DNA of 64,000 nucleotides from Blastocatellia bacterium (lineage in GTDB: Bacteria > Acidobacteriota > Blastocatellia > UBA7656). Under the pieces are notes generated by a model. The model saw nothing but the letters and a program-made list of their open reading frames with translations, was not told where the DNA came from and did no database searches. The position numbers and the translations under genes were made by a program. Position 1 is the stretch's first letter. Each line of letters starts with the position of its first letter. The stretch lies in the NCBI GenBank assembly GCA_963765495.1, contig CAVXWP010000008.1, positions 64,001 to 128,000 on the forward strand, written 5' to 3'. Shown in pieces: positions 19,746 to 29,827 of this stretch.

Positions 19746-21089
19746 TCACTCGATGATCATAGTTGGAACCATTCCTGCGCCCGAAGTTACATTTGCAAGA
19801 GAAGATGAAGAGAGGCGGGTAAACCCGCCCGCGACGCGACCAAAAAATAACAGAGGGTCGATGTCGAGCAACTGCTCGATCATTTCTACGCCGCCGTCGG
19901 TTTGATTCACGTAGGGGAAGACCTCGCGAGAGGTGGTCACGCGTTCCTGAATTAGATAATCTTTGCCGATAGACTTTTCTATCGAATCGTCCCACACGCG
20001 CTCATCCGACTCCCATCCTATGTAAATTCCGTGCCCTCCGTAATCATCGTTAGGTTTTAGAACGAGGCGGTCGCGATTTCGGCGTACATAATCGAGCAGG
20101 TCAACCTCCTGCCCCTGAAAGGTGGTCTTTTCATCATTGAGCTTGCGCGTCCACGGCACGTGAAGGCGGACGGCCTCGCGCTCGCGGTCGGTGAAATAAT
20201 GTTGATGGCGCTCGTCCGTCAGGACTCCGAAAAGCATCTTCTTATGAACATACTTTGTGCGAAAGGAATTGACAAAGACGGCCAGACGCGATTTGTAAGC
20301 CTCGATAAAGGGCTGGCATTCGTCCGCTTTTTCCAGCAACTCGGTTGTGAGCACCCGGCGATAGACCAGGTCTATGGGGAAGTCTCCGTGATAGAGTTTC
20401 CCGTCGCGCAATTCAAGATCGCGCGGGTCGGCAATCGTGGCTGCGTAGCCTTCGCTCTCGAAAAATTCCTTGAATAGCTCGAATTCCCGCTGCGTGGGCA
20501 AGCCCCTGTAATCGACTATCCCTATGTTTGGCCTCTCGCCTTTGCCCCGCACTCGACCGTAAATAGAGAGCATCGCGTCAAGCAAATTATTGCGGCAATA
20601 CATAGGCGTGACGGTGTGCGAGCGGGCGAACCGTCGCATGACGGGAAGCTCCAGAAAAATCCGCGCCGCCACATCCTGATAGGCAATTCCGGCCGGGCAT
20701 TCGGCGTTTAGTTCTACAAACTGGTACTTCTCGTCTGTGAGAAACGAATCGAGCCGGGAAGTGACCGACACATTATCATAGCCGGGATCAACGGCCACGA
20801 GTTCGCGTTCGGCTTCGGTCAAAGAGAGTTGTTCGAGCATTAATGAATCAGAAGGCGCGATCTGTCCGACTTTCTCTATGGCGCTCCAGATGCTTTCGCA
20901 AGCCTCTGTGATGCGTTGCCATTGCCCTCGGGTGACGAAATGCGGGCGCAGATAAGGTGAAAGCGCCCGCCCCCCGAAGATTAGCCCCACATCCTGAAAT
21001 CGTTCGGTCAGAAAAGCGCGCGATTCATCGAGTAACGTGGCGTCCTCTTCCAGCAGCGCGTTGTAGTCGCTTACAGCCTGATTGGCCAT
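19746..21089 (-). CDS. Circularly permuted type 2 ATP-grasp protein
   Basis: RLDSF....FVELNAECPAG, IDLVYRR, VPWT, LVLKP...YGG.G and ANV..G.G motifs. Confidence 0.8.
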   Translation of the reverse strand: MANQAVSDYNALLEEDATLLDESRAFLTERFQDVGLIFGGRALSPYLRPHFVTRGQWQRITEACESIWSAIEKVGQIAPSDSLMLEQLSLTEAERELVAVDPGYDNVSVTSRLDSFLTDEKYQFVELNAECPAGIAYQDVAARIFLELPVMRRFARSHTVTPMYCRNNLLDAMLSIYGRVRGKGERPNIGIVDYRGLPTQREFELFKEFFESEGYAATIADPRDLELRDGKLYHGDFPIDLVYRRVLTTELLEKADECQPFIEAYKSRLAVFVNSFRTKYVHKKMLFGVLTDERHQHYFTDREREAVRLHVPWTRKLNDEKTTFQGQEVDLLDYVRRNRDRLVLKPNDDYGGHGIYIGWESDERVWDDSIEKSIGKDYLIQERVTTSREVFPYVNQTDGGVEMIEQLLDIDPLLFFGRVAGGFTRLSSSSLANVTSGAGMVPTMIIE

Positions 21090-21129
21090 CTATCCCTCAC
21101 TTAGCCCCCATCCGGCCCTCATTCGGCCC

Positions 21130-22089
21130 TCATTCGGGTTGTGCGGATTGTTCTCTTTCCGAGTGCTTTATTTCGCTGTTTATCAACTCGTCCCATCTGT
21201 GAATCTTGCGAGTCTCTTCGCCGTACAGGGCCGTTCTGATCGCAAGGTCGGCCACCTTCTCGACCATCCATTTGAAATAGATCGAGCCTACCGACCACCA
21301 GTCGGCGTCGGGCGCGGGGTTCATGTAGTCAATCGCGTAGGGAACGCCGTCGGCTATAGCGAATTCTACCGTGTTGATGTCGTACCCGAGAGCTTCATTT
21401 ATCTGAATGGCCTCGCGGCGCACGCGCTCTTCCACTTCGGGCGAGAGATAATTATCCACGACCAGATAGCGTTGAAAGATCGGGTCATACGGTATGGGCC
21501 AGACATCTTTTTTGCCTATGGTGTAGCACCTGACGTAATGATCAAAAGGCACGCCCTGCTGCAAGACCATGCAATCGGTCCCGCTTTCGTCGTATTTTTC
21601 CAGCAACTCCTGTTTGGAATTTACCTTTGAGACACCGCGCCACCCGCCCCCGTCGTAGGGCTTGATAAATGCGGGCAGCCCCACGTGGTCAATTATGCCG
21701 TCCCAATCGAGCGGATAGGCCAGATTTCTGAGCGACTCGGCCACAACGCCCTCTTTATACTCTTTCTGGGGCAACAGAATGGTTTTCGGCACCGCAATGC
21801 CCAGATAGGTGGCAAGCGAGTAGTTGAAAAACTTGTCGTCGGCAGCCCACCAGAAAGGGTTATTGATGACCTTGACGCCGGATAAAACCGCACTCTTCAG
21901 ATAAGCCCTGTAAAATGGAACCTCGTGTGAAATGCGGTCAACGATGACCTCGTACGGGCATTTTTCGGCCATGCGCACGCCGCCCAGAGATATGTATTCA
22001 GCCGTCACGCCTGCCTGGCGTCTGTTTATTTCGTTTATCAGGGCCTGCGGAAAAGTGCCTTCGCGGCCTACGAGTATGCCGATCTTCAT
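21130..22089 (-). CDS. ATP-grasp amide ligase (RimK/GshB-like)
   Basis: DRISH, INNPFWW.ADDKF, VPKT, IKP.DGGGW..V and NTVEFA......YAID.MNPAPD motifs; RBS GGAGG. Confidence 0.85.
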   Translation of the reverse strand: MKIGILVGREGTFPQALINEINRRQAGVTAEYISLGGVRMAEKCPYEVIVDRISHEVPFYRAYLKSAVLSGVKVINNPFWWAADDKFFNYSLATYLGIAVPKTILLPQKEYKEGVVAESLRNLAYPLDWDGIIDHVGLPAFIKPYDGGGWRGVSKVNSKQELLEKYDESGTDCMVLQQGVPFDHYVRCYTIGKKDVWPIPYDPIFQRYLVVDNYLSPEVEERVRREAIQINEALGYDINTVEFAIADGVPYAIDYMNPAPDADWWSVGSIYFKWMVEKVADLAIRTALYGEETRKIHRWDELINSEIKHSEREQSAQPE

Positions 22090-22190
22090 TTCTGCCTCCA
22101 TTTTCTTGATGCCGAGCGCAAATTCTATAGCACCGCTCGGAGAGGTTGCAACCAATAACCATGTTGGGAGACGTCAGAAAGGATTTTAGC

Positions 22191-22317
22191 CAGGGCCATT
22201 CAGTTTTCCAGGATATAGGATAGGAAATAGAAATGGGCCGCGGATGACGCGGATCTGACTCTTTATGATCTAATCCGCGAAAATCCGCCGCATCCGCGCC
22301 CGTCCCGGTCTATTCCG
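22191..22317. repeat. Palindromic element family C (GCGGAT / ATCCGC) preceded by CAGGGCCATTCAG
   Basis: ccgcggatgacgcggatctgac..tatgatctaatccgcg..atccgc; homologous to 53340-53460 and 63891-64000. Confidence 0.8.
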
Positions 22318-22529
22318 ACTTGCCTTTCGTTCAAATTTACTTTTGATATGCTTTGGCTCAAAACAGACAGGCAAAAAACTGAATGACTCCACGCATCATA
22401 TTCAGTCCGGCCCTTTCACATGCGAGTGAAAATTGCGGTATGCTACAATCTGTGTTCCAGTCGGTCGAGCCTCTCATCTCTCGGATTGGATCATTAGACT
22501 TGAGCGTTTTTTACGGAGGAAGATTCAAA

Positions 22530-23444
22530 TTGTTTAATTTCATTACCAAACAAGAAGGGCTGGTACCTGTCAGAGTAGTCTTGTCTGCGATACTTGTGAC
22601 GATGCTGACCCTGGTTTCATCCGGGTTTTCTGCCGTCGCGCAAGAGAAAAAAGATGCCCCCCCCGCAAGCAAACAGGATGCAAAGCCGGGTCAGGAACAG
22701 GTAGACGCAGCCAAGCTGACACCCGCCGAAGTTATAGCCGAATATGCCATCTTCGCTTATGGTGGCCGCAAGGCTTTGACCGAGGCCCGCTCAAGCATTC
22801 AGGAGGGAGGGACCATCAGACTCGCCACAGATCAGGGTGACATCACGGGCACTTATAATTTGCGCCAGATGAGGGGAGAGAAATCCTGGCAGGATTTGCT
22901 CCGGGTTGATCTAGATTTGACCCCGCCCGAGGAGGCGCGAAAGGCGGGCGCTCCGCCTTCGATCAAGTACATAGTGGCCTTCAACGGCGCGACTGTATGG
23001 TCGGCTCAAAACAACCAGTATCAGACGCCGAGGCCGGAAGTCGAGGCCGCCTTTCGCGCTCAACTGAGCCACGATTACACAACGCTGCTTCGTTATAAGG
23101 AAGACGGTTCGACGCTTGAAATGGTAGGCCCTGAAACGGTTGTCGGCGTAGAGACAAACGTAATTGATTTGACCACCACAACGGGCGAAAAGACTCGCTT
23201 CTGGATAAGCAAAAAGTTTTACAGGGTGGTTCACATCGAGTACGAAGTGAAATTATCGGATGACCAGCAGCCGGTCAAGTACCGCATCTCGTATTACTAC
23301 ACGCCGTACAAGATTGTCCAAAATACGCTGGTTCCGACCCGCAGAGTTACCCATCAGGATGGCAAGCTGGTTCAGGAAGTGCAGCTTGACAATATAAATT
23401 ATTCTGCCAAATTCGAACCCGATATCTTTCAGCATCTTCCTTAA
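22530..23444 (+). CDS. Secreted hypothetical protein, LolA-like/outer-membrane lipoprotein-sorting-like fold
   Basis: Signal peptide, 'A.GG..AL' and beta-rich C-terminal pattern; start uncertain (TTG after GGAGG). Confidence 0.6.
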   Translation: MFNFITKQEGLVPVRVVLSAILVTMLTLVSSGFSAVAQEKKDAPPASKQDAKPGQEQVDAAKLTPAEVIAEYAIFAYGGRKALTEARSSIQEGGTIRLATDQGDITGTYNLRQMRGEKSWQDLLRVDLDLTPPEEARKAGAPPSIKYIVAFNGATVWSAQNNQYQTPRPEVEAAFRAQLSHDYTTLLRYKEDGSTLEMVGPETVVGVETNVIDLTTTTGEKTRFWISKKFYRVVHIEYEVKLSDDQQPVKYRISYYYTPYKIVQNTLVPTRRVTHQDGKLVQEVQLDNINYSAKFEPDIFQHLP

Positions 23445-23445
23445 C

Positions 23446-23527
23446 TGATGCGTGATGCGTGACTCTCAGGGAGCTTGCCTGTTATAGCCACTTCGCAAGT
23501 CTTGTAAATCACGTATCACTCATCACT
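23446..23527. repeat. Palindromic element family A, copy 3
   Basis: TGATGCG arm, 45-bp core, AATCACG arm, between convergent stop codons. Confidence 0.85.
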
Positions 23528-23529
23528 CT

Positions 23530-23865
23530 TCATTTCAGCCCCAGATATTCATCAATCGTCATACCTACACGCGAATGAAACCTGTCGGAAAGCGATTGAA
23601 TATCATCGACCGTCTCATCCAGATTTACGCGCTCGATACGCCACATAGGCAAAAACATATGGGTCAATCCTATGTTGCGCTCGCCCTTGACGATCATCTG
23701 CGCCCAATCATCAAAAGTGTTCAGATCAATCCCGCGCAGAAAGACTCCGGCAGCCGTCAATTCGAAAAGCACCCCCCAGAGCTTCTCGCGAGGGCTGTGA
23801 AGGTAAGCAATGACGGGCGCGCCCGCGACAATTCCCATGCCTGAAAAATCCATTCTCTCGGCCAT
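23530..23865 (-). CDS. Conserved hypothetical protein
   Basis: LHSPREKLWG, RGIDL..FDDW and F.PM.RIER pattern; follows the thiolase. Confidence 0.7.
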   Translation of the reverse strand: MAERMDFSGMGIVAGAPVIAYLHSPREKLWGVLFELTAAGVFLRGIDLNTFDDWAQMIVKGERNIGLTHMFLPMWRIERVNLDETVDDIQSLSDRFHSRVGMTIDEYLGLK

Positions 23866-23878
23866 TAAATTACCTCAT

Positions 23879-25060
23879 CTATCGCTCTACGATCATGGCT
23901 ATCCCCTGGCCCCCGCCGATGCAGAGTGCCGCGAGCCCGCGTCTGACATTGCGACGGCGCATTTCATAAAGCAAAGTCACAAGCACGCGAGCGCCGCTTG
24001 CGCCTATGGGATGACCGAGCGCAATAGCGCCGCCGTTGACATTAACCCGCGAAGGATCGATGTCGAGCTTTGCGACAACGGCGAGACTCTGAGCGGCAAA
24101 GGCTTCATTCAACTCAAACAATTCGATATCGGAAAGCTTGAGGTCAGCCTTCTCAAGCGCCCTTTCAATAGCGGGCACAGGCCCCAATCCCATATGGCGA
24201 GGGTCTATGCCTGCCGTGGCGTAAGAGATAATCTCGGCCATCGGCGCGAGTTCCATCAGTCTTGCGCGGTCAGAGCTTGCGATCACAAGCGCCGCCGCCC
24301 CGTCATTGATGCCCGAGGCGTTGCCCGCCGTAACGGTTCCGGTTTCCTTTTGAAATGCCGGTCTGAGCTTTGCCAGTTTTTCAGCCGTCGTATCCGCCCG
24401 CACGTATTCGTCGATCTTGAAGGCCAGGGGCTCGCCTTTTTTCTGCTTCACCATTACGGGGACGATCTCTTCTTCGAAGCGGCCCGCCGCGATTGCTTCA
24501 CCGGCTTTGCGCTGGCTTTCGGCTGAAAACTGGTCCTGAGCCTCGCGTGACACGTCGCACAACTGAGCTACGTTTTCAGCCGTGATGCCCATGTGGCAAC
24601 CGGCCATCGCGCAGGTAAGCCCTTCGCTGAGCATCGAATCGATCACTCCGGCGTTGCCCATCCGATAACCCCAGCGAGCCTCGGTCAAGAGGTAAGGGGC
24701 GCGGCTCATGGATTCCGTACCGCCCGCCACTATCAAATCGGCATCGCCCGCCAAGATGGCCTGCGCCGCGAGGGCGACTGATTTCAACCCCGAGCCGCAG
24801 ACCTTGTTGACCGTAAAAGCCGGGACGCTTTCGGGTATCCCAGCTGCGATGGCAGACTGCCGGGCGGCATTCATCCCCACGCCCGCCTGCAAAACATTAC
24901 CGAGGATGACCTCTTCGATATCCTCGCGGTCAACACCCGAGCGATCTATTGCTGCATCAATCGCCACTCGCCCAAGCTCGACAGCCGAAACATCCTTGAG
25001 CGCGCCGCCAAACGCTCCTATCGCCGTCCTCGCGCCGCTTAAAATTACCGCCTTCGACAT
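23879..25060 (-). CDS. Acetyl-CoA C-acetyltransferase (thiolase)
   Basis: [36 protein letters not shown] and LCIGGGQG motifs. Confidence 0.96.
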   Translation of the reverse strand: MSKAVILSGARTAIGAFGGALKDVSAVELGRVAIDAAIDRSGVDREDIEEVILGNVLQAGVGMNAARQSAIAAGIPESVPAFTVNKVCGSGLKSVALAAQAILAGDADLIVAGGTESMSRAPYLLTEARWGYRMGNAGVIDSMLSEGLTCAMAGCHMGITAENVAQLCDVSREAQDQFSAESQRKAGEAIAAGRFEEEIVPVMVKQKKGEPLAFKIDEYVRADTTAEKLAKLRPAFQKETGTVTAGNASGINDGAAALVIASSDRARLMELAPMAEIISYATAGIDPRHMGLGPVPAIERALEKADLKLSDIELFELNEAFAAQSLAVVAKLDIDPSRVNVNGGAIALGHPIGASGARVLVTLLYEMRRRNVRRGLAALCIGGGQGIAMIVER

Positions 25061-25074
25061 GGTTCCCTCCAATT

Positions 25075-25864
<790 letters not shown>

Positions 25865-25893
25865 GACGTGAAGATTGATTTTGAAGATTGAAC

Positions 25894-26640
25894 TTATCCG
25901 GCCAGTGCGTGAATCGCTGCCGGTTTGAGCGCCCGCAACCGCTCCACATCGGTGAGGCCGGAAGGGTGAGCCTGATAGAGAGTAAACGTCTCGACCTGGA
26001 TGCAGGAGAGAGGGCTTTCGCTGTCCCCGCTCGTATCCATTCCCACGCAACTGCCGTTTATATAAATACCGAAGCGGCGCGTGCGCCCATCCTTTGGCAA
26101 ATAATGCGTAGGCGTATGGCCAAAGAAGCACATTTTGCCGTGATAATTCTTAAAAAAGTCGAGGTCGCGCATCCAGAGCAGAACATCGGGATCGGTCTCC
26201 GAAGGATGTTCTTCCGGGATCAATCCGGCGTGAACATAAATCGCCTGATCGTCTTCGTGATAAAAAGGCAGGCTCCGAATAAATTCCACGTGCTCTTCGG
26301 GGATATGAATTTCGGAAACGTCTTCGAGTTGTGTAAGGTCAATTCCATAAGCTTCTATCGTGGCGAGCCCGCCGTTTTCCGGGATCAACCATTGCAGTTC
26401 TTGATAATCGAGACAATCGAGCAGCATCTGTTCGTGGTTGCCTCGCAATACGACTACGTTTGGATTATTTTCGGAAAGCTCCATTACGCGCTCAAGCACG
26501 CCCGGCGCATCTTCGCCGCGATCAATCAAATCTCCGAGAAAAACGATCTTGTCGTGCTTTATGTCCCACGGGACATCGCGGATAAGCTGATCGAGCAGAT
26601 TCGGTCGCCCGTGTATATCGCCTATGACGTAAGTGGCCAT
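25894..26640 (-). CDS. Metallophosphoesterase (PPP/PrpA-like phosphatase)
   Basis: GDIHG, GDLIDRG, RGNHE, VHAG and FGHTP motifs. Confidence 0.92.
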   Translation of the reverse strand: MATYVIGDIHGRPNLLDQLIRDVPWDIKHDKIVFLGDLIDRGEDAPGVLERVMELSENNPNVVVLRGNHEQMLLDCLDYQELQWLIPENGGLATIEAYGIDLTQLEDVSEIHIPEEHVEFIRSLPFYHEDDQAIYVHAGLIPEEHPSETDPDVLLWMRDLDFFKNYHGKMCFFGHTPTHYLPKDGRTRRFGIYINGSCVGMDTSGDSESPLSCIQVETFTLYQAHPSGLTDVERLRALKPAAIHALAG

Positions 26641-26681
26641 TGTAACCTCAGCCCACATGAAACCCTTTTATGAGCCGCAAA

Positions 26682-27569
26682 TCAAGTCTCTTCTCGCCCG
26701 GGCCCGCGAAAGTCGCTCATAAAAAGGTTCGCCTCAAGGAAAACCTCGCGCAGGGAATTGAAATTTCCGGCTTCCAGATCGAGGTGCGCGGTCTCGATTT
26801 GTCTGATGAGCTCGGCAAGCGCAATTGCTACCATATCGGCGTTGGCGCGAAAAATATCTTCCCAGACTGACCAGCGGCTTTCGGCAAGCCTGAGCATTTC
26901 CGCAATACCCGACCCTGCCAGATCGAGCGCATCCTTATTGCCTTTTCTCGCAAGCGTGACCGCAAGCAGCGACGAAAGCAATTGCGGCGCGTGAGAAACA
27001 ATCGCCACGGCGCGGTCGTGTTGCTCGGGTGTGAGCAACACGGGGCGGCTCCCAATCGCCTTCACAAGCTCGATCACAGGCCGGGCCGCGTCCGTATATT
27101 CTCCATCCGGCTCATCAATCATGATCGCGTAAGGAGCGCCTTGAAACAGTTTCCCGTTTGCAAACTCAACCCCGGTTTTGTGGCTGCCAGCCATAGGGTG
27201 TCCGCCTACGAAATGGACATTTTGAGAGAGCGATTCGCGTGCTGTGCGACAGATTTCGCGTTTGGCGCTTCCGGCGTCGGTCACTATAGCGCCCGGCTTG
27301 ATTGAATTTCCCTGTGTCCGCAAAAACTCGATTATTCCCCCGACAGGCGCGGCCAGATAGATCAGATCGGCATCGCTCGCCTGACCTGAATCAAAGGCAT
27401 TTTCAACGCCGTCAATCATACCGAGACTTTGCGCTGTTTCGAGCGAGGCGGAACTGCCGCCCCATCCCGTGATTCGAGAGGCCGCGCCCGCCTGTTTTGC
27501 GGCGAGAGCAAACGAACCGCCGATGAGCCCGACTCCAACTATGGTTATGTGATTGAAAAGCATCGTCAA
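26682..27569 (-). CDS. tyrA: Prephenate/arogenate dehydrogenase
   Basis: G.GLIGGS, TDAGSAK, GGHPMAGS and HD..VA..SH.P motifs. Confidence 0.9.
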   Translation of the reverse strand: MTMLFNHITIVGVGLIGGSFALAAKQAGAASRITGWGGSSASLETAQSLGMIDGVENAFDSGQASDADLIYLAAPVGGIIEFLRTQGNSIKPGAIVTDAGSAKREICRTARESLSQNVHFVGGHPMAGSHKTGVEFANGKLFQGAPYAIMIDEPDGEYTDAARPVIELVKAIGSRPVLLTPEQHDRAVAIVSHAPQLLSSLLAVTLARKGNKDALDLAGSGIAEMLRLAESRWSVWEDIFRANADMVAIALAELIRQIETAHLDLEAGNFNSLREVFLEANLFMSDFRGPGREET

Positions 27570-27620
27570 ACCAGTTTAGCCGACCCGATGCATTTTGACA
27601 TGAGCTTTGAAGACAGAACC

Positions 27621-27670
27621 TGATCCGCGTAAATCCGCTGCATCCGCGTCATCCGTGGCCTATTTCTACT
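27621..27670. repeat. Half copy of family C repeat
   Basis: gatccgcgtaaatccgctgcatccgcgtcatccgtggcctatttctac, near-identical to 46640-46688. Confidence 0.75.
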
Positions 27671-27692
27671 TGCTATTCGAGCAAATCCAATA

Positions 27693-28733
27693 TCACTGCG
27701 CGACTGGTTCAGCCACGCCGGTTGACATCCGTCGGTCAACGGCTTCGGCGATCAATCGCAATCGGCGCGTCAACTGCTCAAACTGCTCGGGCACAAGCGA
27801 CTCGGCTCCATCCGAAAGAGCATTTTCAGGATCGTTGTGAACCCCTATGATCAATGCGTCCACGCCTGCGGCGACTGCCGCCTGCGCGACCGGCATTACT
27901 TTGTCGCGGCGACCCGTGGCGTGTGTAGGGTCCGCTACTACGGGCAGATGCGAAAGCTTTTTCAGCACCGGGATCGCCGACACATCAAATGTTTTTCTGA
28001 GATAAGGTTCGAATGTGCGTATGCCTCGCTCGCAAATCATCACATCGAAATTTCCGGCGGACATAATATACTCGGCTGCCATCAGAGTCTCTTCGATAGT
28101 AGAGGCAGGCCCGCGATTCAGCATCACGGGCTTTCGGGCGCGGCCCGCTTCGCCGAGCATCTGAAAGCTCTGCATGTTGCCGGGACCGATTTGCAGTATG
28201 TCAACATAGCGGGCAAATAACGGTATCTGTGACGGCTCGGTCACTTCCGATGCTACAAGCAAACCGAATCGGTCCGCCGCCTCGCGCAGGTGTTTCAAAC
28301 CCTGCTCGCCCAACCCTCCAAATGAATAGAGCGAAGTGCCGGGGCGAAATACGCCGCCGCGCAGGACCTTCGCTCCATTGCGCGAAACGATCTCGGCAAT
28401 CGTCATCAACTGATCGCGGCTTTCGACCGCGCCCGGTCCGGCCATCATGACTACTTCCTGCCCGCCGATGACCACATCCTTGATCTTGATCTCTGTTCCT
28501 TCGGGCTTGAAAGCGCGGTTCGCAAGTTTGTATGGAGTGCTGATTCGGAGCACTTCTCTCACGCCTGAAAGCACCTCTATGTCTCGGGTGTCTACGATAC
28601 GGTTTCCGACCACACCAAGCACAAGATGGCTCACGCCCGATATTCTATAAATGTCGAACCCGTGACGCACGAGCCGATCTATGACGCTTGTTACCTGTTC
28701 TTCGGACGAGGATTCTTCCATTACAATGATCAT
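27693..28733 (-). CDS. aroF: DAHP synthase I-beta homologue with N-terminal regulatory domain; active-site motifs degenerate (probable pseudoenzyme)
   Basis: Full-length I-beta architecture (MIIVM N-domain, CERGIRTFE, DP.H..G, ALSDG), but AGPC>AGPG, KPRT>RPGT, GAR>GPG, LKRG>LNRG and EVH>GVH. Confidence 0.85.
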   Translation of the reverse strand: MIIVMEESSSEEQVTSVIDRLVRHGFDIYRISGVSHLVLGVVGNRIVDTRDIEVLSGVREVLRISTPYKLANRAFKPEGTEIKIKDVVIGGQEVVMMAGPGAVESRDQLMTIAEIVSRNGAKVLRGGVFRPGTSLYSFGGLGEQGLKHLREAADRFGLLVASEVTEPSQIPLFARYVDILQIGPGNMQSFQMLGEAGRARKPVMLNRGPASTIEETLMAAEYIMSAGNFDVMICERGIRTFEPYLRKTFDVSAIPVLKKLSHLPVVADPTHATGRRDKVMPVAQAAVAAGVDALIIGVHNDPENALSDGAESLVPEQFEQLTRRLRLIAEAVDRRMSTGVAEPVAQ

Positions 28734-28737
28734 TTAT

Positions 28738-29082
28738 TCACCGCTTGCCTTTCTTACGCTTACGCTTCGAGGCGAGCGCCTTCTCTTTTTGAGCGTGGGC
28801 CTGTTCTTCCAACTCTCTTTCCATCGTGACCCGCTCTATGTGGCGCGATTCGTCTATGATCCGCTCGAAGAGTCTGCGAACGGCATCGGGGCCGAGGGGG
28901 CCGCTATTATGAGCGATGACGTGATTGATGACTTCGGTTTCGCGCGCGGGCAGATACACGGGCAGGTCGCGCTCGCGTTTTATGCGCCCGATTTCGATGG
29001 CGCATTTCGAGCGCCTGTTGAGCAGATCAATCAGATGCTCGTCTATGCGGTCTATCTCGTCTCGCCAGTCTTCGATATCCAA
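28738..29082 (-). CDS. Chorismate mutase (AroQ type)
   Basis: WR.EID.ID..L..LLN.R...A..IG.IK and P.RE..V motifs; TTG start after GGAG. Confidence 0.9.
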   Translation of the reverse strand: MDIEDWRDEIDRIDEHLIDLLNRRSKCAIEIGRIKRERDLPVYLPARETEVINHVIAHNSGPLGPDAVRRLFERIIDESRHIERVTMERELEEQAHAQKEKALASKRKRKKGKR

Positions 29083-29099
29083 AGCTGTCTCCGTCAGCA

Positions 29100-29232
29100 G
29101 TGATGCGTGATGCGTAATTCGTGACTCAAGAGCCGCATTCTTTTTGACAGGATTACAGGATTTCTGAAATGGAATTGAAAAAAGCTCAAAATCCTCTTTG
29201 ACTCTTTCACGAATCACGGTTCACGATTCACG
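29100..29232. repeat. Family A-type element with a longer core
   Basis: GTGATGC arms and TCACG arms around a longer core containing gacaggattacaggatt...aatcct. Confidence 0.75.
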
Positions 29233-29827
29233 TTTGCCTGCGGGCCTCTTCCCAATCCGATTCAAGCTCGCCAAAATCTGTAAAGCTTTTCAGAAATTCC
29301 CGCATATCGGCGGCCCACGCTGTAAGCTCGCGCCAGTGCTCCGGCCCCTCCTGCCACCATTCGAGTCTTATGCCGTGCAGAGGCCCGTATCCTTCCAGAC
29401 CGAATCGCTCGCTGTCAAATCCCAAAGGTTCTTTTACGCCCGCTATCCTGATGTCTAAATCTATGATCTTTTCGAGCAGGTTTTTTAGCTCTTTGACCGG
29501 AAGATATGCGTCTCTGACTTTCAGCGCAGGCTCGTAAAATGTTATCTCTTTTGGGCCGGACGACGAACCGCGCAGCCGTTGCCAGTCAGAGGGTCGGTCC
29601 CAGGTGACTTCTCGAACGCTGGGGCGGGATTCGTCCCGGTCGGGCAGCATCAATACGGATACGGTCCACGATTTATAAGCCGCGTTTGCCGGGTAATGCC
29701 ATAAACGCACCTGGGTCCACAGATGTCTGATGGTTTCGCGCGGCTCTACCTCTTCGCTGTGCTCAAGCGCCCAGAGGGCGCGTTTCTCCAGTTCAGCGAA
29801 CTCGCTTTCTCTCCTGTCTGTGGTCAT
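29228..29827 (-). CDS. Hypothetical protein between trpA and chorismate mutase
   Basis: 199-aa ORF starting immediately after the trpA stop, RBS AAGGAGG. Confidence 0.7.
   Translation of the reverse strand: MTTDRRESEFAELEKRALWALEHSEEVEPRETIRHLWTQVRLWHYPANAAYKSWTVSVLMLPDRDESRPSVREVTWDRPSDWQRLRGSSSGPKEITFYEPALKVRDAYLPVKELKNLLEKIIDLDIRIAGVKEPLGFDSERFGLEGYGPLHGIRLEWWQEGPEHWRELTAWAADMREFLKSFTDFGELESDWEEARRQT

Noticed and set aside
28738-29217. Extended N-termini in the ORF track (chorismate mutase, trpB 31958, gpsA 47373, 25199-26131, 51390)
   Set aside because: The extensions run through repeat elements or upstream genes; downstream starts fit the family N-termini and, in most cases, an RBS.
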